Of a stretch of 64,000 bases of DNA, positions 21,612 to 31,880 are shown one piece after another (position 1 is the stretch's first letter; each line of letters begins with the position of its first letter). Source of the DNA: Paludibacteraceae bacterium (GTDB taxonomy: Bacteria; Bacteroidota; Bacteroidia; Bacteroidales; Paludibacteraceae); assembly GCA_963668615.2 (NCBI GenBank), contig CAXXCL010000001.1, positions 233,521-297,520 of the forward strand, given 5' to 3'. The position numbers and the translations under genes are program-made. The notes under the pieces are model-generated. The model saw only the letters and a program-made list of their open reading frames with translations. It was not told where the DNA came from and did no database searches.

Positions 21612-22904
21612 TTACTTTATGCGTAGTAAATAATAATTCTTTTTCCCTTTCTGAACCAGGATAAACCGGTCATTTAAAAGCATCCCATTTAATACCGGCA
21701 ATTCAGCATCTACAACTTTTTCTTTATTTACAAATAAACCTCCATTTTGAAGCATCTTGCGAACTTCACCTTTAGAAGCAAACACAGGGGCTTGAGTTGT
21801 CAACAGATCAATTAGTTTAACTTCGGCACCAACATCAACTCTATCAATCTCAAATTGAGGAACACCTTCAAATATGGATAATAACGTATCAGCATCCAAC
21901 CTTTTCAGGGTATCCGAGGTGGCATTTCCAAACAATACAGAAGAGGCTTCTACAGCCAATTCGTAATCTTCTTGAGAATGCACCATAACCGTAACTTCTT
22001 GAGCCAAACGTTTTTGCAACATACGTAAATGAGGAGCTTCATGGTGTTGTTTAATTAACTCTTCTATTTCTTCCTTGCCTATGAATGTAAAAATTTTGAT
22101 ATATTTTTCAGCATCTAAGTCACTAACATTCAACCAAAATTGATAGAATTTATACGGCGAAGTATACTTTTTATCCAACCACACATTACCACTCTCTGTT
22201 TTCCCGAATTTGCCGCCATCTGCTTTTGTAATAAGCGGACAAGTAAGAGCAAAAGCATCACCCGACATTTTTCTGCGAATAAGTTCGGTTCCGGTAGTAA
22301 TATTTCCCCATTGGTCAGAACCACCCATTTGCAACTTACAATTTTTATTTTCATATAAATAAAGAAAATCATAACCTTGTACCAATTGATAGGTAAATTC
22401 GGTAAAAGACATTCCTACACTCGACTCAGCAGCAAGCCTTTTTTTTACGGAATCCTTTGCCATCATATAATTAACAGTTATATACTTACCAATATCACGA
22501 ATGAAATCCAAAAACGTAAAGTTTTTCATCCAATCGTAATTATTTACCATTTCGGCAGCGTTAGGAGCATCGCTATCAAAATCCAAAAAACGAGACAATT
22601 GTGCTTTAATCGCTTCTTGATTATGCCTTAAAACCTCTTCATTCAACAAATTGCGTTCAGCACTTTTACCAGATGGGTCTCCAATCATACCGGTAGCCCC
22701 ACCTACCAACGCGATAGGTTTATGTCCACAGCGTTGAAAATGCTTCAACATCATAACACCCACCAGATGTCCTATATGCAACGAATCCGCGGTGGGATCA
22801 ATACCAACATAAGCAGATGTCATTTCTTTTTCAAGCTGTTCCTTTGTCCCAGGCATCATGGTATGTATCATACCTCTCCATTCCAGTTCTTCTACAAAAT
22901 TCAT
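21612..22904 (-). CDS. tyrS: Tyrosine--tRNA ligase
   Basis: 430-aa ORF with a class I HIGH motif (SLHIGHL), a KMSKS-type KFGKT and a C-terminal S4-like domain. Confidence 0.95.
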   Translation of the reverse strand: MNFVEELEWRGMIHTMMPGTKEQLEKEMTSAYVGIDPTADSLHIGHLVGVMMLKHFQRCGHKPIALVGGATGMIGDPSGKSAERNLLNEEVLRHNQEAIKAQLSRFLDFDSDAPNAAEMVNNYDWMKNFTFLDFIRDIGKYITVNYMMAKDSVKKRLAAESSVGMSFTEFTYQLVQGYDFLYLYENKNCKLQMGGSDQWGNITTGTELIRRKMSGDAFALTCPLITKADGGKFGKTESGNVWLDKKYTSPYKFYQFWLNVSDLDAEKYIKIFTFIGKEEIEELIKQHHEAPHLRMLQKRLAQEVTVMVHSQEDYELAVEASSVLFGNATSDTLKRLDADTLLSIFEGVPQFEIDRVDVGAEVKLIDLLTTQAPVFASKGEVRKMLQNGGLFVNKEKVVDAELPVLNGMLLNDRFILVQKGKKNYYLLRIK

Positions 22905-22908
22905 TTTA

Positions 22909-23343
22909 TTATCTTTTCTGTTTAAAAAAATCTTTCATCAAGGCAGCACACTCATCTGCTACTATTCCCCCGACAACTTCTGTTTTTGGATGCATTGCGT
23001 ATGGAGCTTTTTTCGTAAAACCTTCTTTCTCTTCGCTTGCACCATATATAACCTTTGAAACCTTTGACCAAAAACACGCTCCCGCACACATTACACAAGG
23101 CTCCACAGTGACGTATAAAACACAGTCAATCAAATATTTAGAACCCAAATAATTGGCAGCAGAGGTAATAACCTGCATTTCAGCATGAGCAGTCGCATCA
23201 TTAAGAGTTTCGGTAAGATTGTGAGCTCTTGCTATAACTTGTTGGTTACATACAACTACTGCCCCTATCGGAACCTCACCCTTATCGTAAGCTTTTTTAG
23301 CCTCAGACAAAGCTTGTTTCATAAAATACGTATCGTCTAACAT
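22909..23343 (-). CDS. tadA: tRNA-specific adenosine deaminase
   Basis: 144-aa ORF with CDA zinc motifs HAEM and PCVMCAG. Confidence 0.9.
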   Translation of the reverse strand: MLDDTYFMKQALSEAKKAYDKGEVPIGAVVVCNQQVIARAHNLTETLNDATAHAEMQVITSAANYLGSKYLIDCVLYVTVEPCVMCAGACFWSKVSKVIYGASEEKEGFTKKAPYAMHPKTEVVGGIVADECAALMKDFFKQKR

Positions 23344-23346
23344 CGA

Positions 23347-24678
23347 TTACAAGAGGTCTTCAGGTAAAATTTTAGATGTCTTTGCTCCTAATTGTTTCAT
23401 CTTTTCTGCCGTAACAAAAACATTTCCAGCTCCTGTTTGCATTTTCTTAATAGCATCATTATAAGAAACACCCGCCCTATCTATATTATTTTTCACCTTG
23501 ACAAGGTCTTCAATACAACCCGCAAGTTTGTCGTATAAAGCACCGCCCAAACGAGCTATTTCTTGTGCATTTTTTGTCTGATTTTCTTGTTTCCAAATGG
23601 AAGCAATTGTTCGCAAAGTAGCCAGCAGTGTGGTCGGACTAACAATCACAATTTTCTTATCCCAAGCATAAGAAAACAAATCAGCATCAGTTTGTACAGC
23701 AACCGAGAAAGAACCTTCAATAGGTAAAAACATCAAGACAAAATCAGGGGTATTGAGAGATGGGGAATTTTGATAGCATTTTTCGCTAAGTTCTTTCACA
23801 TGCTTGCGAAGAGACTCAACATGCCTTCTCAACGAAGCATCTTTCTCATCGTCTTCTGCACTTATAAATTGTTCGTAAGCAACTAAAGAAACTTTCGAAT
23901 CGACTATAATATGCTTATTATCAGGTAAATGAATGATAACGTCTGGACGATAGATTTGTCCACGATCTCCATCCACTACCTCTTCTCGGGTATATTCTTG
24001 GTCTTTCCTTAAGCCCGAACGCTCCAATACTCTTTCCAAAATAACTTCGCCCCAATTACCTTGCTTCTTTACATCTCCCTTTAAGGCCTTGGTCAAATTG
24101 TTGGCTTCTTCACTAATTCGGCCATTCAATTCGGTTAGTTTTTTGACTTCAGCACTCAGATTAAGCTTATCACGCAACTCCTTTTCATAAGTTTCTCCCA
24201 CAGTTTTCTCAAAGGTGGTAATTTTTTCTTTCAAAGGATTCAGTATCTCACTCAAATTCTTATGATTAGCCTCGGCAAACTCCACAGAATTCTGTTTCAA
24301 TATTCGATTAGCGATGTTTTCAAACTCTTTGGTAAATTGCTCTTGTAACTCCGTTAACTCTTTTTTTTGCGTAGCTAATTTTTCCGCCAAATTTTCATTA
24401 TGTGTTTCTAAAACAGCTACTTGCGAGAATAGTTTTTGTGCGGTTTCTGTTTCAACAGCCATTTTACCCAACAGCTCTCTATATTGCTCTTCTTTTTGTT
24501 TTAATCTTTCTATTAAAACAGATTTTTCATTTTCAAGAGAAGACAATGCGTTTGACAAAAAAACATCTTTCTGAGCCAAAGCATTTTTTTGCTTTTGTTC
24601 ATAATATTTTTTTGCAACAAACAGTACCAACCCGAAAAATGCAAGTCCTGCTAGAATATAAATAAAAGGGTTCGACAT
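23347..24678 (-). CDS. rmuC: DNA recombination protein RmuC
   Basis: 443-aa ORF with an N-terminal TM helix, a long coiled coil and a C-terminal RmuC nuclease-like region (PDVIIHLPDNKHIIVDSKVSL). Confidence 0.85.
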   Translation of the reverse strand: MSNPFIYILAGLAFFGLVLFVAKKYYEQKQKNALAQKDVFLSNALSSLENEKSVLIERLKQKEEQYRELLGKMAVETETAQKLFSQVAVLETHNENLAEKLATQKKELTELQEQFTKEFENIANRILKQNSVEFAEANHKNLSEILNPLKEKITTFEKTVGETYEKELRDKLNLSAEVKKLTELNGRISEEANNLTKALKGDVKKQGNWGEVILERVLERSGLRKDQEYTREEVVDGDRGQIYRPDVIIHLPDNKHIIVDSKVSLVAYEQFISAEDDEKDASLRRHVESLRKHVKELSEKCYQNSPSLNTPDFVLMFLPIEGSFSVAVQTDADLFSYAWDKKIVIVSPTTLLATLRTIASIWKQENQTKNAQEIARLGGALYDKLAGCIEDLVKVKNNIDRAGVSYNDAIKKMQTGAGNVFVTAEKMKQLGAKTSKILPEDLL

Positions 24679-24694
24679 CGTATTTTATTGTGGA

Positions 24695-24910
24695 TTAATC
24701 AAATAACGTAGGACTATCTTCTTCTAAACGCTTAATAACAGTAGTCATAAGTACCTCTCGCAAAAAGCGAGACTTATTTTTTACTTTGTACTTGGAAATA
24801 TAAAATTCTACTGCATTCATTTCTTTATCATTAAGCATAAAAGCAACCCTATTTGTACGAGGTAAAGATTTTTGTTTAACTTTGCCTATACGTTTTTCAG
24901 CTTTTTTCAT
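24695..24910 (-). CDS. Small basic hypothetical protein
   Basis: 71-aa ORF with good coding context downstream of a TAnnTTTG box. I do not recognise a family. Confidence 0.5.
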   Translation of the reverse strand: MKKAEKRIGKVKQKSLPRTNRVAFMLNDKEMNAVEFYISKYKVKNKSRFLREVLMTTVIKRLEEDSPTLFD

Positions 24911-25006
24911 CCATTAAATATGTTGTTGTGATTAATGAAAAATCAATGTTGATTATCGTTCGTCCTTTTAAAAATTAGTAAAAAACTTATTATTTGGTAT
25001 ATCTTG

Positions 25007-25014
25007 CAAAGGTA
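25007..25014 (-). promoter_or_regulatory. Putative -7 box (TACCTTTG) for the 24910 transcription unit
   Basis: The reverse complement of caaaggta matches TAnnTTTG. Confidence 0.4.
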
Positions 25015-25075
25015 CAATTCATTACAAAATAAAAAAAGTGGTTCTGACAAAAAAACCGAAGAAATGTAAAAAGAC

Positions 25076-25444
25076 ATGGCAAATCACAATAAATTAGGCA
25101 AAGAAGGCGAAAAAATAGCGACCGATTATTTACTAAAGAAGGGTTATTGGATTCGGCATTGTAATTGGAAAGCCGGCAATTTGGAATTGGACATTGTTGC
25201 CGAAACAAAAGATTATCTGGTTGTTGTAGAGGTAAAAACACGCAGTACAGAATATTTTGAGCACCCCAAAGACGCTATCAACAACGGAAAAATAAAACGA
25301 ATTGTCCATGCTACAGAAGAATATATTTATCTATTTAATGTCAACAAAGAAGTTCGTTTTGATGTAATCGCTCTTTTGCCAAACAAAAATAACGGATATA
25401 AAATAGAGCATATAGAAGACGCTTTTTTACCACCGGTAAACTGA
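25076..25444 (+). CDS. YraN-family (UPF0102) endonuclease-like protein
   Basis: 122-aa ORF with GEKIATDYLLKKGYWIRHCNWKAGNLELDIVA...VVVEVKTR, the typical YraN pattern. Confidence 0.85.
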   Translation: MANHNKLGKEGEKIATDYLLKKGYWIRHCNWKAGNLELDIVAETKDYLVVVEVKTRSTEYFEHPKDAINNGKIKRIVHATEEYIYLFNVNKEVRFDVIALLPNKNNGYKIEHIEDAFLPPVN

Positions 25445-25451
25445 AAGTATC

Positions 25452-25805
25452 ATGAATATTGAAGAAATACGCGAATATTGCTTGACCAAGAAAGGGACTA
25501 TAGAATGTTTTCCCTTTGATGGGGAAACGCTCGTTTTCAAGGTCAAGAACAAGATGTTCGTTTTGATTCCATTAGATGCGATTCCGAAAACGATAGCTGT
25601 GAAATGTGACCCCGAAAAAGCCCTCGTTTTGCGTGAAAAATATGCTTGCGTATATCCTGCATGGCACATGAGCAAGAAGCATTGGAACAGCATTTTAGTA
25701 GAAGATATGACTTCTAAAGAATTATTGAAGCAATGGATTGATGAATCGTACGAGTTAGTTGTAAAAAAATTAACAAAAAGGGAACAAGTAGACCTAAATT
25801 TGTAA
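25452..25805 (+). CDS. MmcQ/YjbR-family protein
   Basis: 117-aa ORF with IREYCLTKKGTIECFPFDGETLVFKVKNKMF and HMSKKHWNSI motifs. Confidence 0.7.
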   Translation: MNIEEIREYCLTKKGTIECFPFDGETLVFKVKNKMFVLIPLDAIPKTIAVKCDPEKALVLREKYACVYPAWHMSKKHWNSILVEDMTSKELLKQWIDESYELVVKKLTKREQVDLNL

Positions 25806-25845
25806 AAAAACAAATTTTATAAACCGCTTTTCACTACATATTTAA

Positions 25846-25853
25846 TATATTTG
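25846..25853 (+). promoter_or_regulatory. Putative -7 box TATATTTG for dapB
   Basis: Exact TAnnTTTG match. It overlaps the TTG start used by the ORF track (25851), which argues for the ATG at 25896. Confidence 0.5.
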
Positions 25854-25895
25854 CAGATTGTAGTTTATCTCTACAAAAGAATCATACAGAATAAA

Positions 25896-26612
25896 ATGAA
25901 AATAGCATTAATCGGATACGGGAAAATGGGCAAAATAATAGAACAAGTAGCTATTGCCCGTGGACATGAAATAGTTAGTAAGATTGACATTGACAATCAA
26001 GATGATTTTAATTCTCCAGCCTTTAAAAGTGCTGATATTGCCATCGAATTTACAGCACCGGCTGTGGCCATTCAAAATTACAAAAGGGCCTTTGCTTCAG
26101 GAGTTTCAGTAGTTTCCGGCACTACCGGTTGGACAGACAAAATAGAAGAAGTAAAAAGCATTTGCAACGAAAAAGAGCTGGCTTTCTTTTGGTCTTCTAA
26201 TTTCAGTTTAGGCGTGAATGTGTTCTTTGCCATCAATAAATATTTGGCAAAAATAATGAACCAATTTCCTAATTACAATGTAGAAATGACAGAGATTCAT
26301 CATACTCAAAAGTTAGATGCTCCAAGTGGCACAGCCATTACGTTAGCTGAAGATATTTTAGAGAACATTGATCGCAAATCAGCATGGGAACTTAATAATG
26401 AGTCTACTAAGGAGAAATTGGCCATACACGCTATCCGTGAAGGGCAAGTACCGGGAATCCATACGATAAAGTATGAATCCAATATTGATTCGATAAGCAT
26501 TACACACGATGCCAAAAATCGCGAAGGATTCGCTTTGGGTGCAGTATTGGCAGCCGAATTCACTCGTGGCAAAAAAGGATTTTTTGGCATGCAAGATTTG
26601 TTTAATTTTTAA
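25896..26612 (+). CDS. dapB: 4-hydroxy-tetrahydrodipicolinate reductase
   Basis: The ORF starts with the Rossmann motif MKIALIGYGKMGK and contains EIHHTQKLDAPSGTA. I trimmed the start from the track's TTG at 25851. Confidence 0.92.
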   Translation: MKIALIGYGKMGKIIEQVAIARGHEIVSKIDIDNQDDFNSPAFKSADIAIEFTAPAVAIQNYKRAFASGVSVVSGTTGWTDKIEEVKSICNEKELAFFWSSNFSLGVNVFFAINKYLAKIMNQFPNYNVEMTEIHHTQKLDAPSGTAITLAEDILENIDRKSAWELNNESTKEKLAIHAIREGQVPGIHTIKYESNIDSISITHDAKNREGFALGAVLAAEFTRGKKGFFGMQDLFNF

Positions 26613-26632
26613 ATAATCTAAAAACAGTAAAG

Positions 26633-28060
26633 ATGAGTCAAAATACAGAAGTAAAAAAGAAAAACTTGTTCCAAACATCAAAAAAGCAATGGATAAAAGC
26701 TTGCATTGCTTGTCTTTTATATATTTTGTTTATCGTTTGGGTAAACAATTTCTGGTGGTTGCTATTACTTCCGGTAATCTTTGATGTTTACATTACCAAA
26801 ATCATTCCTTGGAGTTTTTGGAAAAAAACAAAAAATAGGCACTTGTTGAAAGTAGCGGAATGGACTGATGCAATCGTTTTTGCACTTATTGCTGTCTATT
26901 TTATCAACCTATTCCTTTTTCAGAATTACAAAATACCCTCTTCATCCTTAGAAAAGAGCTTATTAGTGGGTGATTTTTTACTGGTTAGTAAGGTAAGTTA
27001 CGGGCCTAGAATTCCGAATACCCCTTTGTCTTTCCCTTTGGCACAACATACTTTACCATGGCTCAATTGCAAATCGTATATAGATTTTCCTCAATGGGAT
27101 TACAGGCGACTAAAAGGGTTGGACTCTATAAAATCGCAAGACATTGTTGTATTTAACTTTCCTGCCGGAGATACGGTAACAACAAAAGTTTCAAACCCTG
27201 ATTATTACACCTTATGTCATGATTATGGACGAAGCTTCGTACGAAATAATCCCCAAACATTTGGAGAAATAATTTATCGCCCTGTAGATAGACGTGAAAA
27301 TTACGTAAAACGCTGCGTCGGACTACCGGGAGAGACGCTTGAGGTGAAGAGCAATCACGTTTACATCAATGGCAAAGCACAAAAAGAAGCTTCCGGCATA
27401 CAACTTTGTTACTGGGTAGAAACCGATGGGAGAAAAATTTCGGAAATGCAATTCAAACGAGTTGGAGTAAGCAAAGATGACCAAACTTTCTTACTAAACA
27501 ATATCCCAAATGGAGACCAAGCATTGGATTATTGCGGGTATGAACGCAACAATGTTGGTGTCCACAATCCGGTATACCGATTACCTCTGACAAAAGAAGC
27601 ACTAAATAAAATAAAAAATTTACCGAATGTCATTAATGTAAAATTGGATAACGGACTTATTTCCGGACAGACATTTCCATTCGAGTACACCAATTGGACA
27701 AGAGACAATTACGGGCCTATTTACATTCCTCGAAAAGGAGTTAAGATTGCCATTAACATGAGAAATCTTCCTTTGTATAAAAGAGTTATAAAAAATTATG
27801 AAGGCAATAGTTTGGAAGTAAAAGACAGCGTAATTTACATTAATGGCAAAGTCGCCTCTTCTTATACATTCAAAATGAATTATTATTGGATGATGGGAGA
27901 TAACAGGCATAACTCAGCAGACTCTCGTTATTGGGGGTTCGTACCCGAAGACCACATTGTAGGAAAGCCTATATTTATTTGGTTATCACTGGACAAAGAC
28001 GAAACATTCATCAATCAAGTAAGATGGAATCGGCTCTTTAAAATGGTTCACAAGAATTAA
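26633..28060 (+). CDS. lepB: Signal peptidase I
   Basis: 475-aa ORF with SSSLEKSLLVGDFLLVSK (Ser box) and GDNRHNSADSRYWGFVP. Confidence 0.92.
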   Translation: MSQNTEVKKKNLFQTSKKQWIKACIACLLYILFIVWVNNFWWLLLLPVIFDVYITKIIPWSFWKKTKNRHLLKVAEWTDAIVFALIAVYFINLFLFQNYKIPSSSLEKSLLVGDFLLVSKVSYGPRIPNTPLSFPLAQHTLPWLNCKSYIDFPQWDYRRLKGLDSIKSQDIVVFNFPAGDTVTTKVSNPDYYTLCHDYGRSFVRNNPQTFGEIIYRPVDRRENYVKRCVGLPGETLEVKSNHVYINGKAQKEASGIQLCYWVETDGRKISEMQFKRVGVSKDDQTFLLNNIPNGDQALDYCGYERNNVGVHNPVYRLPLTKEALNKIKNLPNVINVKLDNGLISGQTFPFEYTNWTRDNYGPIYIPRKGVKIAINMRNLPLYKRVIKNYEGNSLEVKDSVIYINGKVASSYTFKMNYYWMMGDNRHNSADSRYWGFVPEDHIVGKPIFIWLSLDKDETFINQVRWNRLFKMVHKN

Positions 28061-28065
28061 CAGTG

Positions 28066-28704
28066 ATGCAAAACATATTGCTTCCATCCGTTTATTTGGG
28101 TAATGTTCAATATTTTAGCAAGTTTATTCATTTTCCGATTATTCATATTGAACAACACTGTAATTACATAAAACAAACCTACCATAACCGGTGCAAAATA
28201 GCCACCGCAAATGGTGTAATGCAATTGTCAATTCCAACAGAGAAGTCAAAAACGGAAAAGTGTAAAATCAAAGATATTCGGATTGCCACGAACGAAAATT
28301 GGCAATTAATACATTGGAGAGCAATTGAAGCGGCTTATAATTCGAGCCCATTTTTTGAGTATTACAAAGACGATTTGTTGCCATTTTACACAAAAAAATA
28401 CGAATTTTTACTTGATTTTAACACCGAGATACAACAAGTCGTTTTAGAGCTGTTGGACATTGAGACAAAACCTTTATTAACAGCCGAATACGAACATATT
28501 GTAACAAAGAACGAAATTGATTTTAGGGAACAAATTTCTCCGAAAAAAGAAATTGTTGATAAGTCCTTTGTTTCACAGCCCTACTATCAGATTTTCGAAC
28601 ATAAATTTGGTTTTTTACCCAATTTAAGTGTTATAGATTTACTCTTCAACATGGGAAATGAATCTTTACTTGTACTAAAAAAATGTTGCTCCTATGAAAA
28701 ATAA
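28066..28704 (+). CDS. WbqC-family protein
   Basis: About 212-aa ORF with LPSVYLGNVQYFSKF, HWRAIEAAYNSSPFFEYY and SVIDLLFNMG. It occupies the dapB-lepB-wbqC context common in Bacteroidota. The start could be ATG 28066 or GTG 28063. Confidence 0.8.
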   Translation: MQNILLPSVYLGNVQYFSKFIHFPIIHIEQHCNYIKQTYHNRCKIATANGVMQLSIPTEKSKTEKCKIKDIRIATNENWQLIHWRAIEAAYNSSPFFEYYKDDLLPFYTKKYEFLLDFNTEIQQVVLELLDIETKPLLTAEYEHIVTKNEIDFREQISPKKEIVDKSFVSQPYYQIFEHKFGFLPNLSVIDLLFNMGNESLLVLKKCCSYEK

Positions 28705-30907
28705 AATTCTATTTTTAATAACATTTTGCATTAGCACACAATTGGTTTTCAGTCAGATACAGACGAATAGCGGGTCTCCTCTTCCCTTTCAAGGGGATAA
28801 TAATGTTGCTAAAAAATCTCTTTTGGAGAAAAATACATCTTCAGATTTCTTCCAGAAAATTCCTTTCGATAGCATCTCCCAAACAAACTCCGAGAAAAAC
28901 GGAAAATTCATTGTCGGCAAAAATTTTTCTGTTGATTATACACCCGAAAATTCAGGAACAACATTTATTACTGATGAGGGACAATTTGTTTGGCGTTTGG
29001 GCATTTACTCTCCGGGTGCGGCTGCTATCGGGTTGGTTTTTTCAGAGTTTGAAATTCCGGAGGAAGGAAAATTATTTATTTACAACCCTGACCAAACTAA
29101 TATTTTAGGAGCATTTACTAGCATTAACAATAACAGCAATAAGATTTTACCCATTTCTCCTCTTTCGGGAGACAGTATAATAATTGAATACCAAGAACCT
29201 TGGAAATCAAAACTGCAAGCACAACTAAAAATAGGAAAGGTAAGTCATAACACATTGGACATTGCTACTAAAAACGTTTTGGGAACAGGTACTTTTGGAG
29301 CATCAGAAGCATGCAGCACACATGCTGCTTTTGTCGAAAAAGCAAAAGATATACGTAGGGCAACGTGTTTGTTGTATGTTACAGGGAATACCTATACGTG
29401 GTTGGGCTCAGGGACACTTATCAATAATTCGGAAGGAAAGCCCTATTTACTCACAGCGGCACACAACGTAGACGAAACCGATTGCGAAAAAACAATTATT
29501 AGTTATTTTAACTATGAGGTACCTGTCATTGACTCGCTCATAAGAGGATCGCAAGAGTTTACCCTCGGCGGAGCAACATTGATAGCCAGGGCATTCAATA
29601 TCGACTTTGCCTTACTCGAATTAACTCAAATGCCACCTGTTGATTATCGTCCCTACCTAGCAGGATGGAATAGAGAAACAACTGTTCCTGCACCCCTTAT
29701 GGGAGTACAACACCCTGAAGGAGACATCAAACGAGTTTCTTTTGAGAATGACGTACCGGCAAATACGACTTACCCATATGAAGACTTGAAAGAAACGGTC
29801 TTAACCGACTCTCATTGGAAAATAAACAAATGGGATAAAGGGACAACGGAACCAGGTTCATCAGGTTCTGCTTTATTTGACAATGACAATTTAATTGTTG
29901 GAGGGCTTACCGGGGGAGAATCGGAATGCAGTAATCCTATTCTGGATTATTATTTTCGTCTTAATAAAGCATGGGATTATTATGCACTCTCGAGCAAACA
30001 ATTAAAATGCTGGTTGGATTCTGATAACAGCAATGTTACAAAAATGGTGGGCAAAGACCCTTACGAATCAAATCCTTGCGTACGCATTAATAACATAAAC
30101 GCCTCTGAAGAATTAGGGAAAGAATACATTGAAAATGGCAAAACAGGACTTTTATCAGGTCATAACGAATTACTATATACTGAATTTGCGGAAAAATTTG
30201 TTAGAGATACAAATAGTTATTTATATGGCGTTTATATTGTTCCTGCTATTGGAAAAAGAGATGTCAATTCCAAAGTATACGTCAAGGTCTATAATGGTAC
30301 GGATGCTCCTGCAAACTTATTAACCTCTGTGGAATTTAATCCGAAAGAAATGAAATACCGTGCAACAGGTTTTTATTACGATAACAAATCAACTTTCTTA
30401 GAAAAGGAAAACTACATTCGTTTTGAAAACCCGATATGTGTTGACAGCAGTTTTTTCGTATCCTACGAAATAACCTATGAAACCGTTGATTCGTTTGCAG
30501 TTTATATGGTAAACAACCGTAATATGAGTGTAACGAACACTGCTTATTATAAAAATGGAGACACGTGGAAACCGTTTACAGAACATCCCTATCGACCAAT
30601 ATCTACCTCGTTATGGATTGAGCCCGTATTGAAAAAAGACGATGGCACTTACATTTATGACCCACTGGCAGACGAAACCAGCACCGTTATTTACCCAAAT
30701 CCATGCAATGACCATGTTACGGTGCACAATGTTGATGCAAAAGCTCGAACATATAAAATGTACGATTTGCAAGGCAAATTAGTGTTGCAAACGACAGGCT
30801 CCTCTATTTCTGTGAATATAAATACAAATAGATTGCCTATAGGCATTTATTTCTTGCGTATTACATCCGACAATACTCACGAAACGCACAAAATAATAAA
30901 ACAATAA
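28694..30907 (+). CDS. Secreted trypsin-fold serine endopeptidase with T9SS C-terminal sorting domain
   Basis: 737-aa ORF with a signal peptide. The catalytic-triad contexts are LLTAAHNV (His), IDFALLEL (Asp) and GSSGSALF (Ser). The C-terminus is CTD-like: IYPNPCNDHVTVHN...LPIGIYFLRITSDNTHETHKIIKQ. Confidence 0.8.
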   Translation: MKNKILFLITFCISTQLVFSQIQTNSGSPLPFQGDNNVAKKSLLEKNTSSDFFQKIPFDSISQTNSEKNGKFIVGKNFSVDYTPENSGTTFITDEGQFVWRLGIYSPGAAAIGLVFSEFEIPEEGKLFIYNPDQTNILGAFTSINNNSNKILPISPLSGDSIIIEYQEPWKSKLQAQLKIGKVSHNTLDIATKNVLGTGTFGASEACSTHAAFVEKAKDIRRATCLLYVTGNTYTWLGSGTLINNSEGKPYLLTAAHNVDETDCEKTIISYFNYEVPVIDSLIRGSQEFTLGGATLIARAFNIDFALLELTQMPPVDYRPYLAGWNRETTVPAPLMGVQHPEGDIKRVSFENDVPANTTYPYEDLKETVLTDSHWKINKWDKGTTEPGSSGSALFDNDNLIVGGLTGGESECSNPILDYYFRLNKAWDYYALSSKQLKCWLDSDNSNVTKMVGKDPYESNPCVRINNINASEELGKEYIENGKTGLLSGHNELLYTEFAEKFVRDTNSYLYGVYIVPAIGKRDVNSKVYVKVYNGTDAPANLLTSVEFNPKEMKYRATGFYYDNKSTFLEKENYIRFENPICVDSSFFVSYEITYETVDSFAVYMVNNRNMSVTNTAYYKNGDTWKPFTEHPYRPISTSLWIEPVLKKDDGTYIYDPLADETSTVIYPNPCNDHVTVHNVDAKARTYKMYDLQGKLVLQTTGSSISVNINTNRLPIGIYFLRITSDNTHETHKIIKQ

Positions 30908-30914
30908 CTTGAGT

Positions 30915-31640
30915 ATGCTTTACAAAACGCAAGGCATCGTTCTTCATCATACTAAATACAACGATAACAACTACATTCTACACCTTTTTACAGAAGAATT
31001 TGGGAAGGTCTCATACATTATCTATAACCCAAATAGCAAACGGGCAAAAGTAAAATCATCTTATATTCAACCATTTAGCATTCTAGATATTGAGGTTGAA
31101 CATCACCCTAAAAAAGACCTTCAGCAAATAAAGGAAGCTAAAATGCAATTTTTCGGGAATAATATTTTGAATAACCCGATTAAAAGTTCTATCGTTCTAT
31201 TTCTATCCGAAGTCCTGTATAAGTGCTTGTCCGAAACAGAAAAAGACACTGAGTTGTTTTCGTTCGTGAAAAATTCAATTCTCTCCCTAGAAGGAAACAA
31301 TACCGATTATGCCAATTTTCATCTCGTATTTTTGTTACAACTTACCCATTTTTTTGGCTTCTACCCGAATGCAAAAACCATCTGTAAAGGAGCATATTTT
31401 GATATGTTGAATGGCGTTTTTTGTGGTGAGCAACCATCACACAATCATTATCTCAACCGTTCAGAGAGTGATATATTCTACAAATTACTGCAAGTCGATT
31501 ATACAACCATGAAGAATTTGAAAATAAGCAGAGCCGAAAAGCAAATCTTATTACGTTACATGATGGAATTCTACCAATTACATTTACAGACTCTGAATAA
31601 AATTAAATCCTTAGATGTCCTTCAGACAATTTTCGACTGA
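30915..31640 (+). CDS. recO: DNA repair protein RecO
   Basis: The ORF starts MLYKTQGIVLHHTKYNDNNYILHLFTEEFGKVSY (OB-fold N-terminus). ATG 30915 is preferred over the track's TTG at 30909. Confidence 0.85.
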   Translation: MLYKTQGIVLHHTKYNDNNYILHLFTEEFGKVSYIIYNPNSKRAKVKSSYIQPFSILDIEVEHHPKKDLQQIKEAKMQFFGNNILNNPIKSSIVLFLSEVLYKCLSETEKDTELFSFVKNSILSLEGNNTDYANFHLVFLLQLTHFFGFYPNAKTICKGAYFDMLNGVFCGEQPSHNHYLNRSESDIFYKLLQVDYTTMKNLKISRAEKQILLRYMMEFYQLHLQTLNKIKSLDVLQTIFD

Positions 31641-31676
31641 TTAAGGGTAAAATTTGTTACTCCCGACAAAAAAAAC

Positions 31677-31684
31677 TACTTTTG
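31677..31684 (+). promoter_or_regulatory. Putative -7 box TACTTTTG for tRNA-Arg
   Basis: TAnnTTTG match with a TTTG -33-like element 20 nt upstream (31653-31656). It lies 15 nt before the tRNA 5' end. Confidence 0.5.
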
Positions 31685-31698
31685 CAAACGAAATTTAT

Positions 31699-31770
31699 GC
31701 CTCCGTAGTTCAATGGATAGAACAAAAGTTTCCTAAACTTTAGATCCGGGTTCGATTCCCGGCGAAGGTA
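31699..31770 (+). tRNA. tRNA-Arg (anticodon CCT)
   Basis: Hand-folded. It has U8, D arm GTTC-AATGGATA-GAAC, anticodon arm AAAGT-TTCCTAA-ACTTT and T arm CCGGG-TTCGATT-CCCGG. The acceptor stem has a G1-U72 wobble and a C5-A68 mismatch. Confidence 0.8.
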
Positions 31771-31846
31771 CTTTTCTCCTTCCCCTTTTTATTTTCAGAA
31801 ATAATACAAAAACTTCTCAACAACGGCAATATTTAAAATATTCTTG

Positions 31847-31854
31847 TATTTTTG
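31847..31854 (+). promoter_or_regulatory. Putative -7 box TATTTTTG
   Basis: TAnnTTTG match 27 nt upstream of the 31881 ATG. Confidence 0.4.
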
Positions 31855-31880
31855 ATACAGATTAAAAAAAAATCAAGTCA

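Noticed and set aside
24990-25813. ORFs 24990-25241 (-) and 25427-25813 (-), antisense to the YraN and MmcQ/YjbR genes.
   Set aside because: These are shadow ORFs of conserved genes and have no motif content.
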